DNA of 44,176 nt from Octopus bimaculoides (taxonomy: Eukaryota), in assembly GCF_001194135.2 (NCBI RefSeq), contig NC_068995.1, positions 38,982,366 through 39,026,541 of the forward strand. Direction: 5' to 3'. The translations under genes were made by a program, and so were the position numbers. A model generated the notes under the pieces. It saw only the letters and a list, made by a program, of their open reading frames with translations. It made no database searches and had not been told where the DNA came from. This document shows positions 22,256 to 35,767 of the stretch, in pieces (within the stretch, counting starts at the first letter, position 1; each line of letters begins with the position of its first letter).

Positions 22256-24559
22256 CTGCTTAGCAGTATACCAGTATTGTAAGGGCAGTGAGTCAGTTAA
22301 TAGCTCTTGATATATTAAATGTGATTAAGTATTTAGGTTTGTTCTGCAAGCCTGTAAGTGTCGATAATATAAGCAGTAGTATTATATGAGAGCTATAAAT
22401 TTCGCCCGCCTACGCAATTCATTCTTGTCCATACTCATACTTATACCCAGACACAAATAAACACACATGGGTAACAAATACAAAGATACACTGGGCGGGC
22501 GAGAACATGATTGTAATCCTTAATTACGTGTGAGGCAAGAAATTTAACTTCCACTGAAATATGAATCACTTACATGAAGTATCGCGATATTATATATATC
22601 AATGAGGTCAAAACCGTGGCTCGCGAACGTTTCAAATCAACTATGTATTGTGTCAGATATGATATTGAATCTAGAATTCTCTAAACTTAAGTACTTTAGA
22701 AATGTAAGTATAATAACTCAACAACTCAGCTATTAGAAATTGGATTGATTGTTTCATCATCCTGTTTCTAATGTACATAAACAAAGGACAACTGGAAAAT
22801 AAGTAGAGGTATTTGATATACGTTTTATAACAATTGTTTGTATAAAGTATCTAAACTATGGTTGCAAGTGGTTAAATGTGGCCGAAATGTATTTTAATTA
22901 GGTATTACATATTATTGACTGGTGTGATTAGATAAGTGTTCTCCTTTCACAGAATGCAGAAGCATTAGGTTTTCAAAATTCTTAGAACATTCTTTTCGAA
23001 ATTTTAATTATCGAAATATGTTAGAAAGTATATACTTTTGAGGTAACATTGGGGTTTGCGATTGATGGATTAATGAACATTTAGTATTAATTTTAAGTAA
23101 AGCAATGATCAATTTTATCCTTTGCAAAATACCTTATTTAAAATGACTGAAGATGAGAAAGCCAGAAACGGAAATACGAACAAAGAAATAGCATTTCTAT
23201 TCAACAATAGGAGCACAACGTTGTCTTTCGATTTAACGGTCAGTAATTTAAATTGACACCATAAATCTAATCTTATGCGAATTACCTTTTGAAACACTAA
23301 CGTGAACAAATAAAGCGAAAATGTTAAAATCTAATTAACCCACACAACAATAGAAACTATTCTTCTATTTTAAGGAAGGCGATTTGACAAGAGCTTAGAA
23401 TAGAACCTGAAATCAACTTCCTTGAAAAAAATATAGAATTGGTAATGCAAAATTGTTTCAATTCTATGGCAGATCGCGCTTCAAAGCATTTAAAACCTTG
23501 ACCACGATGAGTAACAGATCAACATTATATCTACCTCGTCATCACTTATAGACATAGTGCTTTTAACATACAATCATATAGTATAAATTGTTTCTATTCC
23601 AAACTTCAGTATTTGCTGAAGCAGATTTAAATGCGTTAGAACATTGACATAAGATTCCAATTATTTTAGATGCTTTTTATTTACTGCCATACTCCATGAG
23701 CATATTTTCTAGCAAATACTTCATACGTGAAAAAAAAAATCATACATAGCTGTTTAAAAATTTGTGAATATGTTGTGGACCATTTGATTTTTCGTGCTAC
23801 AATACATTCAAAATGGCAGTTAACTAGCAAGATTTAGACAAGCTATCATGCTAAATTATTACAGCATTCATTAAAGTAATTATTAAAATGTATTAATCTC
23901 GGCTAGAACATTAATGCAACTTCTCTGACGTTTGCCTTTGGTAGATGATGGGAGAAGAAAATTACAGTCGATCTCGCAAAAAAGGTTCAGCGTTTCAAGA
24001 ATCAAATAAATATTTTGAAAACTAAAGGCAGTAAAAAAGTATTCCATGTTTCCCGACCAAAAATTAAAAATATATGCTTTTTCGGATGTCCAGATGAAAG
24101 ATTATGAAAGCAAGTTAAAAGAATACAAATAAAAGTTAACACTACTTCAGAGCCTTGAGAGTAGGCTTAACTGACTACAGAAACTGAAGGTTTCACCGAA
24201 TGCTTTGAGAGTTCATTTTTTTGATGTTTTCAACACTTGATGTTGTATTATTGCACTTTTCGCTCAAATGTTTCTTCATATAATTACTTGAGAGAACAGG
24301 TTAGAATAGCTTGTGACAGTAGTTTCAGGAGCAATGGCGTCTGACTACTTTAAGCAACTTTGGCAAATAACTGAATGTACCCCCTCTATATTTTAAAAGT
24401 CTATATGTCTTATCGTGTTGGTTACAGCTGTCACTCAAAATGATGGCAAAATGGGCTTTCTTGAATAGAAATCCTTTGAATTATATAAGTCGTATGCTCC
24501 TGGTATTTTGATTATTTGGATCATCTGCTATAGTACAAATTTTCTTTCCTTCTTTCGTT

Positions 24560-25135
24560 CCTCCTCTCTCACATTTCATTCTCTTCTCTTCATGCTCACT
24601 TTCTCTCCTCCTTCCACTTCACTATGTCCCTGTCATTTTTATCACCCCTCCTTCATTCTTCTGTCCCTCTGCCGCTACCTCTCTCTCTCACTCTTCTCTC
24701 TCCACGTGACGGCTGTTCGGCCAAGCCCGACCTCACTTTCTTGGTTCGGCCGCTGACTGTGCTACATCTATGTTCTTCCCTATGCCTGTGAAATCTTGTA
24801 TCCCTGCCGCAAGACTACTTTCACACACGCCAGTTTAATTTAATTCTTGCTTAGTCGAAATACACCTGTTGTTATGTCGTGTTATTTGTATTTGTGTAAC
24901 CTTCGTTTTTTTTCGTCCTTGTTTTCGTATACATTTGTCGCTTTCTTCCAAGGAATCTAATGCTCTTAGCTTAAGTTTTCCTTGGGGCTCGCCAGATTGA
25001 AGTAATCTCGAATATAACCAGCCGAAATTGCTAAGATTACCTGGAACTCGATTGGGGAAAGAAAACTCCGAATGACCCGTCCTTGTTTTCTTTTTATCGT
25101 CTATCTGGTTGTCCTATTTTGTATGTGTATGTGTA
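24560..25135 (+). repeat. Dispersed repeat ending in (TG/TA)n, same family as 18990-19320
   Basis: Pyrimidine-rich 5' part shared with the 19-kb copy; continues to ...gaaaactccgaatgacccgtccttgttttc...tgtatgtgtatgtgta at the gap. Confidence 0.7.
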
Positions 25136-25394
25136 NNNNNNNNNNNNNNNNNNNNNNNNNNNNNNNNNNNNNNNNNNNNNNNNNNNNNNNNNNNNNNNNN
25201 NNNNNNNNNNNNNNNNNNNNNNNNNNNNNNNNNNNNNNNNNNNNNNNNNNNNNNNNNNNNNNNNNNNNNNNNNNNNNNNNNNNNNNNNNNNNNNNNNNNN
25301 NNNNNNNNNNNNNNNNNNNNNATATATATATATATACATACACATACAAAATGGAACAACCATATAGAGTAGAGAGTCACATCAAAAACGTGAA

Positions 25395-25715
25395 CATAAA
25401 CTCACTTGGACGACGAGGGTTCTAGTTGTTTTGATCAACGGAGAGCTTGCTCGTGAAATTATCGTGCAAGTGGCTGAGCACTCCACAGACACGTGTACCC
25501 TTATTAACGTATGTCTCAGGCAGTTTCAGCGTGACACAGAGTGTGACAAGGCCGGCCATTTGAAATACACGTACTACTCATTTTTCTCAGCTGAGTGGAG
25601 TGGAGCAACGGGAAATGAAGAGTCATGATCAAGGTCAGAACGTATCGTCGGGAATTGAACGTATGATCTTACGATCGTGAGTTGAACGCCCTAACCACTA
25701 AGGTACGTGCTTTCA
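25395..25715 (-). mobile_element. Near full-length tRNA-derived SINE (second family)
   Basis: Minus-strand head gcacgtaccttagtggttagggcgttcaactcacgatcg...gttcaattcccg has A box (tagtggttag) and B box (gttcaattcc), followed by a non-tRNA body. Confidence 0.85.
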
Positions 25716-27759
25716 CACACACGCGTACACACACAAACTTATATGCGTGTGTGTATGTATGTATACATATATATATATATATATGTGTGTGTGTCGGTTA
25801 TGCATACTTTCTATTATAGGGATATGGTTTCTTCATTTAATGTGTATATTTGTACATTTCACATTTTTTCATGTTCTGGAATGTAATCTAGTTAGCAATG
25901 TTATGTATGATATACATTTTACAGAATCACTCTTAAGTCAACACTGAGATGACCATGAAGGTTGTAGAATATTGGCATTAAGTGGCAAGATTTGTAAAAA
26001 TCATTCTGCTATTATTGAATAGTTGTTAATAAATGTGGAATTACATTTAACAATGCTTTTTTTTTTCATTTTATTATTTTTTCAGTATTTGCATTCATTG
26101 CAACATGTTTTAGGTTGTTAACTGACTTAGATTAAAGTTTTAAAACGATTCGTCGTTTTTGCCTTGATAAATTGTTAACAATCTCCTGGTTTGGTAATGG
26201 ATTTTTTTTTTTAAAAATCACCACATGGTTTAAAATAAGTGGCACGTGAAATCCATATTCTGTAGGAATGAATGAAGCATTATAAAAACCGCTTACCTTG
26301 TAAATATGCAGTGTAAATTAAAGCAAAATTTCATATATAATGCACATCGCCGTTGAACACGTTCCAGATTTACTTTGCTGTAAAATACCATTATGAAATA
26401 TATTCTGTAGACTACATTCTGAAAATGTATTGTGTAAAATAACTATCAGTAAATATATTTATGTAAAAAAAAACCATCAACAGATATATTCGTATGTATT
26501 TATATATTATTGTATTACTACAGAGAACCAACCTTTCATGTTCATTTCTGAATATTTTTTTATGTAGATAGGTTTATAAACAGTAACAGTTCTTATATAT
26601 AAAATATATGCTGGGAAAGCAATATAGTCAATGTCAACAGAAATGTGAGTTAAACGTATGTTTTAGGCTCTTATTTAGATTCACAGATATTATACTATAA
26701 CCAGGCAGTTCTTATCTAGAAAGAAGTACTAAATTATTGGAAACATAAATATTTGTTACTGCTATTATCAAACTGTTCGAAGTAATATACTAGAGTGTGT
26801 GTAAAATTTATTGTAACTGGAATGGATGGAAATTACATGAACTGGAGAATGTTTCCTGTTACCTTTCTATATTATACTACATAATATTACGATGCATTAT
26901 TTCAAAATGAAACGATCTTACATTGTAGGAATTGCAAGGTAATCTACCTTGCCAAATTTTCGAGAGATTTCCTTTCATTTGCAACCGAGGTACGAAACCA
27001 AAAAGTCCGCACTATTCCCATAAAAGCTATAGAACTAAAAGCCGCATTGGATAGTTTAGTGCGAGATTCATCAAATGTGATAAAATCACAGAGAGATCAA
27101 GGGAGTCTATTTAACAAATTGGTCCAATAATAATTCGCGAAGAGGCTCGTAAACACAATAACAAAATAACTTGATATACATCGTTAGACTACTACTACTA
27201 CTACTTTATTGATTGTACAACCAATATTTCTTTTATATTTCTGACCTCTCAATGACACAACACTAATTTGAAATGTATATTGAATGAACTTACCTATATA
27301 CAGCTCATGTTACTTATTGCTCAACGCGTGGTTGCCATCAGATTTAGTAAGTAGATACTCATTTCAATATATATTTATATATTCATTTTATTTAGCACTT
27401 AATGCAGTGAAGTTAATTGATCTGGTACATTGCACAATCTGCAGAGTGCTTAAATTGTTTCGTTACATCTTTCAGCAAATTGACTTTAAATCTCTTTGGA
27501 ATTAACTTACTCTTTCAAGTTCCGATGTTGATAATATTCTTAATGATTATTTCTAAAATTATTTTAAAAATAAATTCTAATAAATTCTAGAATCATAAAA
27601 TACTTAATAATCAAGTCAATAATTATGAGAATATTTAATACAAGCATAATGCGTATATTAAAACTACTCATTATAATTGACTGAGTTGTAGTGCTTTTAA
27701 TTAATTTCACTTAAGAAAATTTCTTTCATCTTTATCTTCTATATCTTTCAATCGTTGGA

Positions 27760-27920
27760 GAGCATCTATGTTGCGACATTGTCTTGAAGACTCCAGAACT
27801 TATTTTCTATTGTCCGCTACTCATCCCATCTTTTTCCTTTAACCGAGCAACTTAGTTACGGAGGCGTAAACAATCTGACAGTGGTTGTTAAGAGATAGCG
27901 GAAACAAGTATAGATACAAT
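27760..27920 (-). mobile_element. Degenerate SINE 3' half inside the PLE
   Basis: ccagaacttattttc...aaccgagcaacttagttacggaggcgtaaacaatc..gtggttgttaag is the reverse complement of the family at 43690-43870. Confidence 0.6.
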
Positions 27921-28101
27921 GAAAGTCTAAACAATTCATATCACGTTAACGTCATATCGCTGTTCGTAGCGCAGAGGAAAGGAAATTGCACAAATATAGG
28001 AGCCTGACTCCGAAATATATCTTTGAAACGATCTTCATTGAGAACTCATGCGTTCTGGGAACCTGATCACTTGGTTTCCCCCAAACAACTCAGGATAACT
28101 G

Positions 28102-28216
<115 letters not shown>

Positions 28217-29690
28217 AAATAAGAGACACATCATCTTTTGTTTAATCGTTCTATTGCACAACCAACATAAATCATATTGTGTTTCGTGCTTTCTACCACG
28301 TAATGACAAGATTTCGAAATATCTACATGGCTTTCTACTCCCTGTCGCAAAAAGATCAAGTTCCTTTAATCGGGATACTTTTGATTTTATGTCTAACATC
28401 AACAGCTTCTTTAAGCAACGAGACCATGTCGAGAACAGTTCTTTGGTAACCATGGATGTTTCTTCTTAAAACCCAATATTGACCGCGTTGAAGGGGTAGA
28501 ACCATTCATGCATGCCTACGAAAAGCGGTCAAACAAAAGCATTACACTAAATTTTCTCTTTAGATTATTGATATTTGTGCTACAAAGTATCACAGTGAAC
28601 TTTGGACAAAGATTTTACCACCAGACTTCGGGTTGCGCCATGGTTACTTCCACAGCAGTTAATTTCGCTAATGTCTTCATGACGACATTCGAGACAGTCA
28701 CTGAAGACATTCAAATTTTTTCATGGTTATGAACTAATACTTTCGTTACGGTTCATTGATGACGTCTTTTTCATCAGGGAATATTTACAGGATAGTTTAA
28801 TTGACTTCTTGCATTTCTGTGACGCTTATGCTAAAAACTATGTCTTTAAGTTCAACATAAAATTTACGTGTAGTTTTTTAAAAAACTAGCGTTGAATTTT
28901 TGGGCACAAAAGTTAAGTTTTCTGGAGGCAGAATAGTGACAGAGTTACTTTGCAAGCTTCACGTCATCCCACATTTATCTCCACCGTCGCTCTGATCATC
29001 CACATCATATAATTCGGTCAAATCCGAAATCCCAATTATTTTGGCTAAAATGGATTTGTACTGACGTAAGAGATTACTGGAAACATGCATATGTTTTCGT
29101 ACATGTTTATGTCAAACGCGTTTACAGTGAATTGCGATTAAAGGGAATGGTAAATGAAATAGCTAAGATTAGCAAAAATAAGCAAGTCTTCGCGCATAAT
29201 TATAACAAACACAATACAGTAGATGACGGAATTTTTTTAGTGATCAACTAAATTTCGCTGGCATTTCAAAAGTGTTGCATAAAAATTACCAGCATGTGGC
29301 CAAAAAATATCCTCGTTTGAAACACATATTTCCTCAGCTGCCTATTGTAGGCTTTAGACTGTATAAGGATATAAGATTAATATTGACCTCTATTTCTGAA
29401 TCCAAGAAAACGAACACTGGAGTTTTTGCATGCTGTACTTTGAAAAATAGAACCAAGAGAGGTAAGCCCTGTTCATTGAGCGAAACACCGTAGACACAGC
29501 AGCATTCTGAGATTTGTATATTTCGAGACCCCCACCCCCACCACACACAGACGAGATTTTTCAGGATATTAAAAGTTTGTATATAGAAAAGTGGAATTTT
29601 TCAAAGGCTTTAAATCAAACCCGAATAGTTGCTTCAGACCGGACTCTGCTAAATGCACACAAGGGCCAGTCAGGTGATTGTGTTAAATGA

Positions 29691-29808
29691 TTTAAGGGTA
29701 GCCCTAAATGTTGGATAGGTTTAAGGGCACACTTGATGTGTCGAATAGGTTTAAGGGCACACTTGATGTGTCGAATAGGTACAATAGCGCACCTATGTAT
29801 CGATTACG
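29691..29808 (+). repeat. 30-bp minisatellite: two identical and two degenerate units
   Basis: tttaagggcacacttgatgtgtcgaatagg at 29720 and 29750; related tttaagggtagccctaaatgttggatagg at 29691 and a weaker unit at 29780. Confidence 0.9.
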
Positions 29809-30139
29809 CTTACGGATACCATCAATGAGCAGGGTAGAATTTGTTGGTTGTGTTATTAGTATACAGTTGAGTGGAAGTGGTACTCTTTTAGAAACAGAGT
29901 CACAAAGCGTGTCGTTTCAAATTCAATCACTTTAAAAATCGAGTAACTCTCTTTTCTTTTTCAGATATACTCGAAAGTATTTACACACATAGAAATCCGA
30001 TTACGACAAATTATTCAATGGTCTGTTCATTGAATTAATATTTAAGTGACTGATTATTCCGCAGGCAGGTGTGATCTAAGTAGGATGAATCATTCAGACA
30101 GTTCCGTACTTGTTCATTTATATGGACACGCGACAGGAT

Positions 30140-30290
30140 TCATTGTAGCTTCCGCCACCCCGGTTTTACGTAAGAGACATGGGTTGACCCCAAGCTATAC
30201 AAAACGGTATCTACCCAAGGTGATAGGCAGTCAGATCTGATTCAGAACTCTTGGAGCAAACTTCTCAACCATTCGATCATATTGCGCCAT
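30140..30290 (-). mobile_element. Degenerate tRNA-derived SINE 5' part
   Basis: Minus strand ggcgcaatatgatcgaatggttgagaagtttgct...caccttgggtagata..tatagcttggggtcaacc resembles the head at 2715. Confidence 0.55.
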
Positions 30291-32898
30291 ATATGCACAC
30301 AAGCTCGCGCGCGTATAATGTATGTGTGTATGTGGTGGTGGTAGGGAGTGCAAGCGCACGGACGACTGTGTATTCTACATTCTCACCTGAAGCTCTGAAA
30401 TATGTGTGCGTATATGTATACATACATACATACATATAAGAATTCATTACTTCATTACTATATATCTTGCTATGTATTGGTATTATTAAAGTTTGTTCAT
30501 ATTTGCAATAATTTTATGGTATATATATATATATATATGTATGTATATACACAATGAAAGCGAAATTTANNNNNNNNNNNNNNNNNNNNNNNNNNNNNNN
30601 NNNNNNNNNNNNNNNNNNNNNNNNNNNNNNNNNNNNNNNNNNNNNNNNNNNNNNNNNNNNNNNNNNNNNNNNNNNNNNNNNNNNNNNNNNNNNNNNNNNN
30701 NNNNNNNNNNNNNNNNNNNNNNNNNNNNNNNNNNNNNNNNNNNNNNNNNNNNNNNNNNNNNNNNNNNNNNNNNNNNNNNNNNNNNNNNNNNNNNNNNNNN
30801 NNNNNNNNNNNNNNNNNNNNNNNNNNNNNNNNNNNNNNNNNNNNNNNNNNNNNNNNNNNNNNNNNNNNNNNNNNNNNNNNNNNNNNNNNNNNNNNNNNNN
30901 NNNNNNNNNNNNNNNNNNNNNNNNNNNNNNNNNNNNNNNNNNNNNNNNNNNNNNNNNNNNNNNNNNNNNNNNNNNNNNNNNNNNNNNNNNNNNNNNNNNN
31001 NNNNNNNNNNNNNNNNNNNNNNNNNNNNNNNNNNNNNNNNNNNNNNNNNNNNNNNNNNNNNNNNNNNNNNNNNNNNNNNNNNNNNNNNNNNNNNNNNNNN
31101 NNNNNNNNNNNNNNNNNNNNNNNNNNNNNNNNNNNNNNNNNNNNNNNNNNNNNNNNNNNNNNNNNNNNNNNNNNNNNNNNNNNNNNNNNNNNNNNNNNNN
31201 NNNNNNNNNNNNNNNNNNNNNNNNNNNNNNNNNNNNNNNNNNNNNNNNNNNNNNNNNNNNNNNNNNNNNNNNNNNNNNNNNNNNNNNNNNNNNNNNNNNN
31301 NNNNNNNNNNNNNNNNNNNNNNNNNNNNNNNNNNNNNNNNNNNNNNNNNNNNNNNNNNNNNNNNNNNNNNNNNNNNNNNNNNNNNNNNNNNNTATATATA
31401 TATATATACATATGTGTGTCTGTGTATATATATATATATATATGTATGTATATACACAATGAAAGCGAAATTTATTATGGAATTAAAGAGAGCGAATATG
31501 GAAATACGTAAGCGGCAGAGTGTGGAGAGAAAGAGAGATAGATAGAGAGAGAGATTGATAGATAGAGAGTGAGAGAGAGAGAGTGAGAGAGAGAGAGAGA
31601 GATAGAGAGAGAAAGAGTGAGAGGCAAGAGTAGAAAACGTGTATGTGAAAAATTTCATCTTACTTTGACACTCCATCAAAATATGTTAAAAGTTATAATA
31701 GTATAATTTTGTAGCGTAATTACAAAGTTATTATATTTTTTTTTTCACACCACAGTCTGATTAAGTACTCAGCAAATTATTTGGATGATTTTTCTCTTTT
31801 CTCCCCGAGGTTTATAGGCAAGAATTGCAGAGCAAATTGCAAATATTACGAAGCAAAATACATCGAGAAGGAAGAAAAACAGTAACAGCAATGGGAGACG
31901 GCCAACGAATGTAAAGGAAAATGCTACGACGATGATAAAAAATAAAGTAGAGCGAATATTAGAAAGATTAAATACTTATTTTATAGGTAGTGTATCTATC
32001 TGTATGTTATATAAAATTTGTATACAGAAGTGTTTTTAGCAAGCATCTGAAATAATCCTAAAAAACTGCGTAGAATCTTTCTCTCTCTTAATTTATGTAT
32101 AATTAGGTCACGTTGCCAGCATGGATTAATATAGATAATCAGTTGAGCTAGGTATACTATTCATTTTAGATGTACCTTAATTAATATACATTACTGATAT
32201 TGGATCTGTCTCAATCTATCTCTCTTTCTCTCTCTGCTTCTTCTTCTTTCTTTCTCTCTTTTTCCCTGTGTCTCTCTCTAACTATATATCTATCTAGCTA
32301 GCTAGTTATCTATTTTTTTTCTTTTTATCCCACTTACGCTCGATTTTCTTACTCACGACGGATAGATGTTGTAGAGCAACAACTGTTTGCCTATCACTGT
32401 CAAATGAACTAAATAATATTATTATATTCATGGTTTGCCCTGTGTTTCAAATTAACTAAAATCTGAATATAGAACTCTATTAAATTCATAATTAACATTT
32501 TTTTCGGTGCGTGCACTGCTAGTAAATTACATAGTACATATCGCTATGAGCAAGTAATATTTATGTGGACAAAGGATATTTATTCCAACTTATGTAAAAA
32601 AAAAAAGAAAGAAAAATGTGTCTTAGTAACAATTCCGCTCACAGCGTGATGAAAAAAGAAAGAATTATCTGTTAAATTTTGTCACATTGGGTTCACTCGT
32701 ATTAAGGAATTAATTGCACACACACACACACACACACAAGCACAGGCATAAGCCCACATACACACGCGCAAGCACATGTATGTATGCAGTGTACAGAGAG
32801 TGAATGTTTGTCACGAGACTCAAATTTACGATACTGCAATTTTCAGGCGATATATATATATATATATATATACAGAGAGACAGAGACAGAGACAGACC

Positions 32899-32973
<75 letters not shown>
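32899..32973. repeat. (GATA)n microsatellite
   Basis: Perfect run directly visible. Confidence 0.98.
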
Positions 32974-33089
32974 GCCAGAATATATAAATAAAGTTCCATG
33001 TGGGTTGTCTCACTTGACTATGTTTTATGTTTAGGTATCTTTTATACAAAGTGGATACAGGATATATACCTGCACCCGGCCCACGAGTT

Positions 33090-33330
33090 GACAAAAATTT
33101 GGTAGAGACATTGATAGAAGGAGTAGTAAACAACACCCACATAGCATGGAGTATCATTGCTAAAGCATGAATATACAGGGGACGAGTTCCAAATACGAGC
33201 TCTGTATCACTGAAAATCGAAATAACATACAACGAAGAGATAACATCATAGATATTAGGGAAGAAAACCCTCTCGCCCGTATACACATCTCGTATTTCAA
33301 AACTCAGACATTTCAAAGAGGATCCACAAC
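33090..33330 (+). pseudogene. Penelope-like GIY-YIG C-terminal fragment
   Basis: NNTHIAWSIIAKA*IYRGTSSKYELCITEN resembles the PLE pattern I-x-WSIIAKA-x-PY...KC-x-LC-x-TEK, as in the 4934-5296 ORF. Confidence 0.65.
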
Positions 33331-34359
33331 CCACGCCACCAACCTCACAAGGATAGTTTCATTCTCCGAACGTAAACATTGAATATATACAACACACGAA
33401 CTCCACACATAGAAGAAACATGCGTCTCTGATGTCGCCAACCTATTGTGTTCATAAACTTTATTTGTTACGTGTAGTGTATGAAATCTCGAGCCACATTA
33501 CCAACGGTCGGGGTACCACATGTCCCAGCACAATAATTAGAACGATGACCTGTAGCAAAATGCTGTTTTCAATTATTTCCATTCTTTCAGGTCCTTAGCA
33601 AGGAGCTGTAACATGCATAATATGTTATTTTTTTATGTAGTGGAAAAGAGACAGACGTTGGTCTCATGGAGAAATTCAATCTTATAAATTTCTCTGAGCA
33701 GTTGATCCTGTGGCCAACGGGACATAATTTCGCAGAATATTATACCTTGATAATATTTGAGGACTTGTTGCAAAGGTATTAGTAAGAAGGTTCTGGTAAT
33801 TTATGGTACACAAAAGTTACTCATACCTCATACCTCATACTTTAACATTTTTAGCTCATAGGACAGTTCATGTAAAGCACTGTTCACAGGGCAATTCTAG
33901 TAACACTTTAGTGTAAACCGACCAACAAATGTACGAACTTCCCACCTTTACTCTAGTTTTACACTAGTCCCAATTTTTTTGCTCAAAATAATTTATAAAT
34001 TTAGAACACCTGCAGAAACCATATGGCTCTTGATGTCTGATTGTTCAACTGATGGTTTTTTTCGTAGCCAAAATATAGGAAGTACATAAAATAACAGCTC
34101 ACTATAAAAGCAATTCCTTAAACGATCTCCGCATTAGGAATAGCCCATTTTTGACATCAGTATACAGTTGGTATTTTTGATCCAAGCACCATATCCGAAC
34201 ACGAACTCGTAGTAGTACACGCATTCGCATGCGCACGCTCGACGCACGTACACACACACACACACGCACACACACGCACACACACATACACACACACATA
34301 CACATACACAGACACACACGCACGCACGCACGCACGCACGCACGCATACATATCTTTGG

Positions 34360-34860
34360 AGTGTAGAATAACTATTCTCAATAACGATGCAGAGAAAACA
34401 GCAATCAAGGATCTACGTCGAAGGTTAGGTGAATTATCCCAGAGGTGAAATAGAATTTTCTCCACTGTGCAAGATCATATCAAACGGAATGGGATAGTGT
34501 AGTGAGATAGTGAATTAGTATCTCTTGTGCTTAGAGGTTGTCATCATGCAAAATGACAGTGCAAGGCTACAAGAAAAAAAAAATTAACCCAAGAAAAGAT
34601 AAATTCTTTGGAATGGGAAGATTTAACTCGCCACCCCCTTTCAGCAGACTTAGCACCATCAGAACTTTTACTCATTCAGGTCACATTACCTATTTGCCAA
34701 GAATAAAACACTGAGAAGTTAGGATACTGTGAAAACGACAATCCAAACGGTTTCTTCTCCTAAAGAACCTGTTTCTGTTTTTCTAAGAAATCACAAAAAT
34801 GGCTTTGGTAAGAGAAAATGTTAACGCTAACAATGAAGATTATATTTTAAATGACTAAAT
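34360..34860 (+). pseudogene. Degenerate, internally deleted mariner fragment
   Basis: NNDAEKTAIKDLRRRLGELSQ; VVIMQNDSARL (HDNARP-like); KLTQEKINSLEWE; HPLSADLAPSE; NANNEDYILND*. Confidence 0.7.
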
Positions 34861-35389
34861 ATATTTCTCGTATATTTCATGTTGATTGTCATTGCTTTTC
34901 AGTACTGCTAACATATATAATAGCTAATATATACACGTGTGAATATGTGCAGAGGTGTGCATATGTGTGTAACTGTGTAAGATTTTTTCAAATTTCTTCA
35001 AACATCACTATTATCGATTTATATCAGATTATCCAAGAAATTCACACTAACATTTTATTTCAAGTTAAAAGGAAATAATAAATGGAAGTACGCAAAGAAA
35101 TGTAATGAGAACTACATGTAATATAGCTGTATAGCAACATTTAGGTATGTTTTGACTGTGGAGTATCTGTTGACATTATCTTTTCTTGTCAATAGAAAAT
35201 TCCTTCGATTAAATATAGGGAATGTAAATATTGCAGAATAATATTTATGTAATTAATCACATCGGTGACTCAAAAATACAGAAAATACATTTTAACTTAT
35301 CAATAGATTATCCCCCGCCCACTCATATTGATCAACCATCGGCACAAGCAACTATTTTCTTTTTAGAATAATTCGTATAGATAAAATAT

Positions 35390-35510
35390 TTTCATTGCTT
35401 GAATTGCAATAATGTCAGTGTGCTTGACTCTGATTTCTTCCAATACAGTGAATTCAGCTTCAGTCTTACCCTGTAGCGTCTAAGTCAATTGCCTTCAACT
35501 AAATTCCGTG
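35390..35510 (-). pseudogene. Possible LINE AP-endonuclease N-terminal fragment
   Basis: Minus strand RNLVEGN...GKTEAEFTVLEEIRVKHTDIIAIQAMK resembles WNV-x-G...DIIALQETK. The match is short. Confidence 0.35.
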
Positions 35511-35591
35511 CTTTTGTGATTGAATCCGTATGCTTTGTGAGTGAAATTCTTTCTCGAAAACTGTGGGGATGTATGTATGTACGTATGTAAG

Positions 35592-35622
<31 letters not shown>

Positions 35623-35640
35623 GTATGTGTGTGTATACAC

Positions 35641-35682
<42 letters not shown>

Positions 35683-35735
35683 NNNNNNNNNNTGAGACAA
35701 CACAGCCAAGGCAGTGTGAAATTTCTAGGACTGTT

Positions 35736-35767
<32 letters not shown>

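Noticed and set aside
25640-25715. tRNA gene (A and B boxes on the minus strand; similar at 2715, 4150 and 12700)
   Set aside because: No complete cloverleaf or acceptor stem; each continues into a SINE body.
29691-29808. CRISPR-like 30-bp direct repeats
   Set aside because: Units are directly adjacent with no spacers, there are no cas genes, and the context is eukaryotic.
30493-31679. Long ORFs of 300-370 aa (also at 9402-9820, 25072-25425, 36036-36461, 40512-40865)
   Set aside because: They are open only because they run through N-gaps and flanking (TA)n repeats.
32357-32396. 40-nt minus-strand micro-exon candidate with a GTGAGT donor
   Set aside because: Weak acceptor, no recognisable peptide, and such donor hexamers are frequent by chance; no compatible neighbouring exons found.
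32843-33334. 163-aa minus-strand ORF
   Set aside because: Antisense to a PLE GIY-YIG remnant and extended by the (GATA)n repeat.
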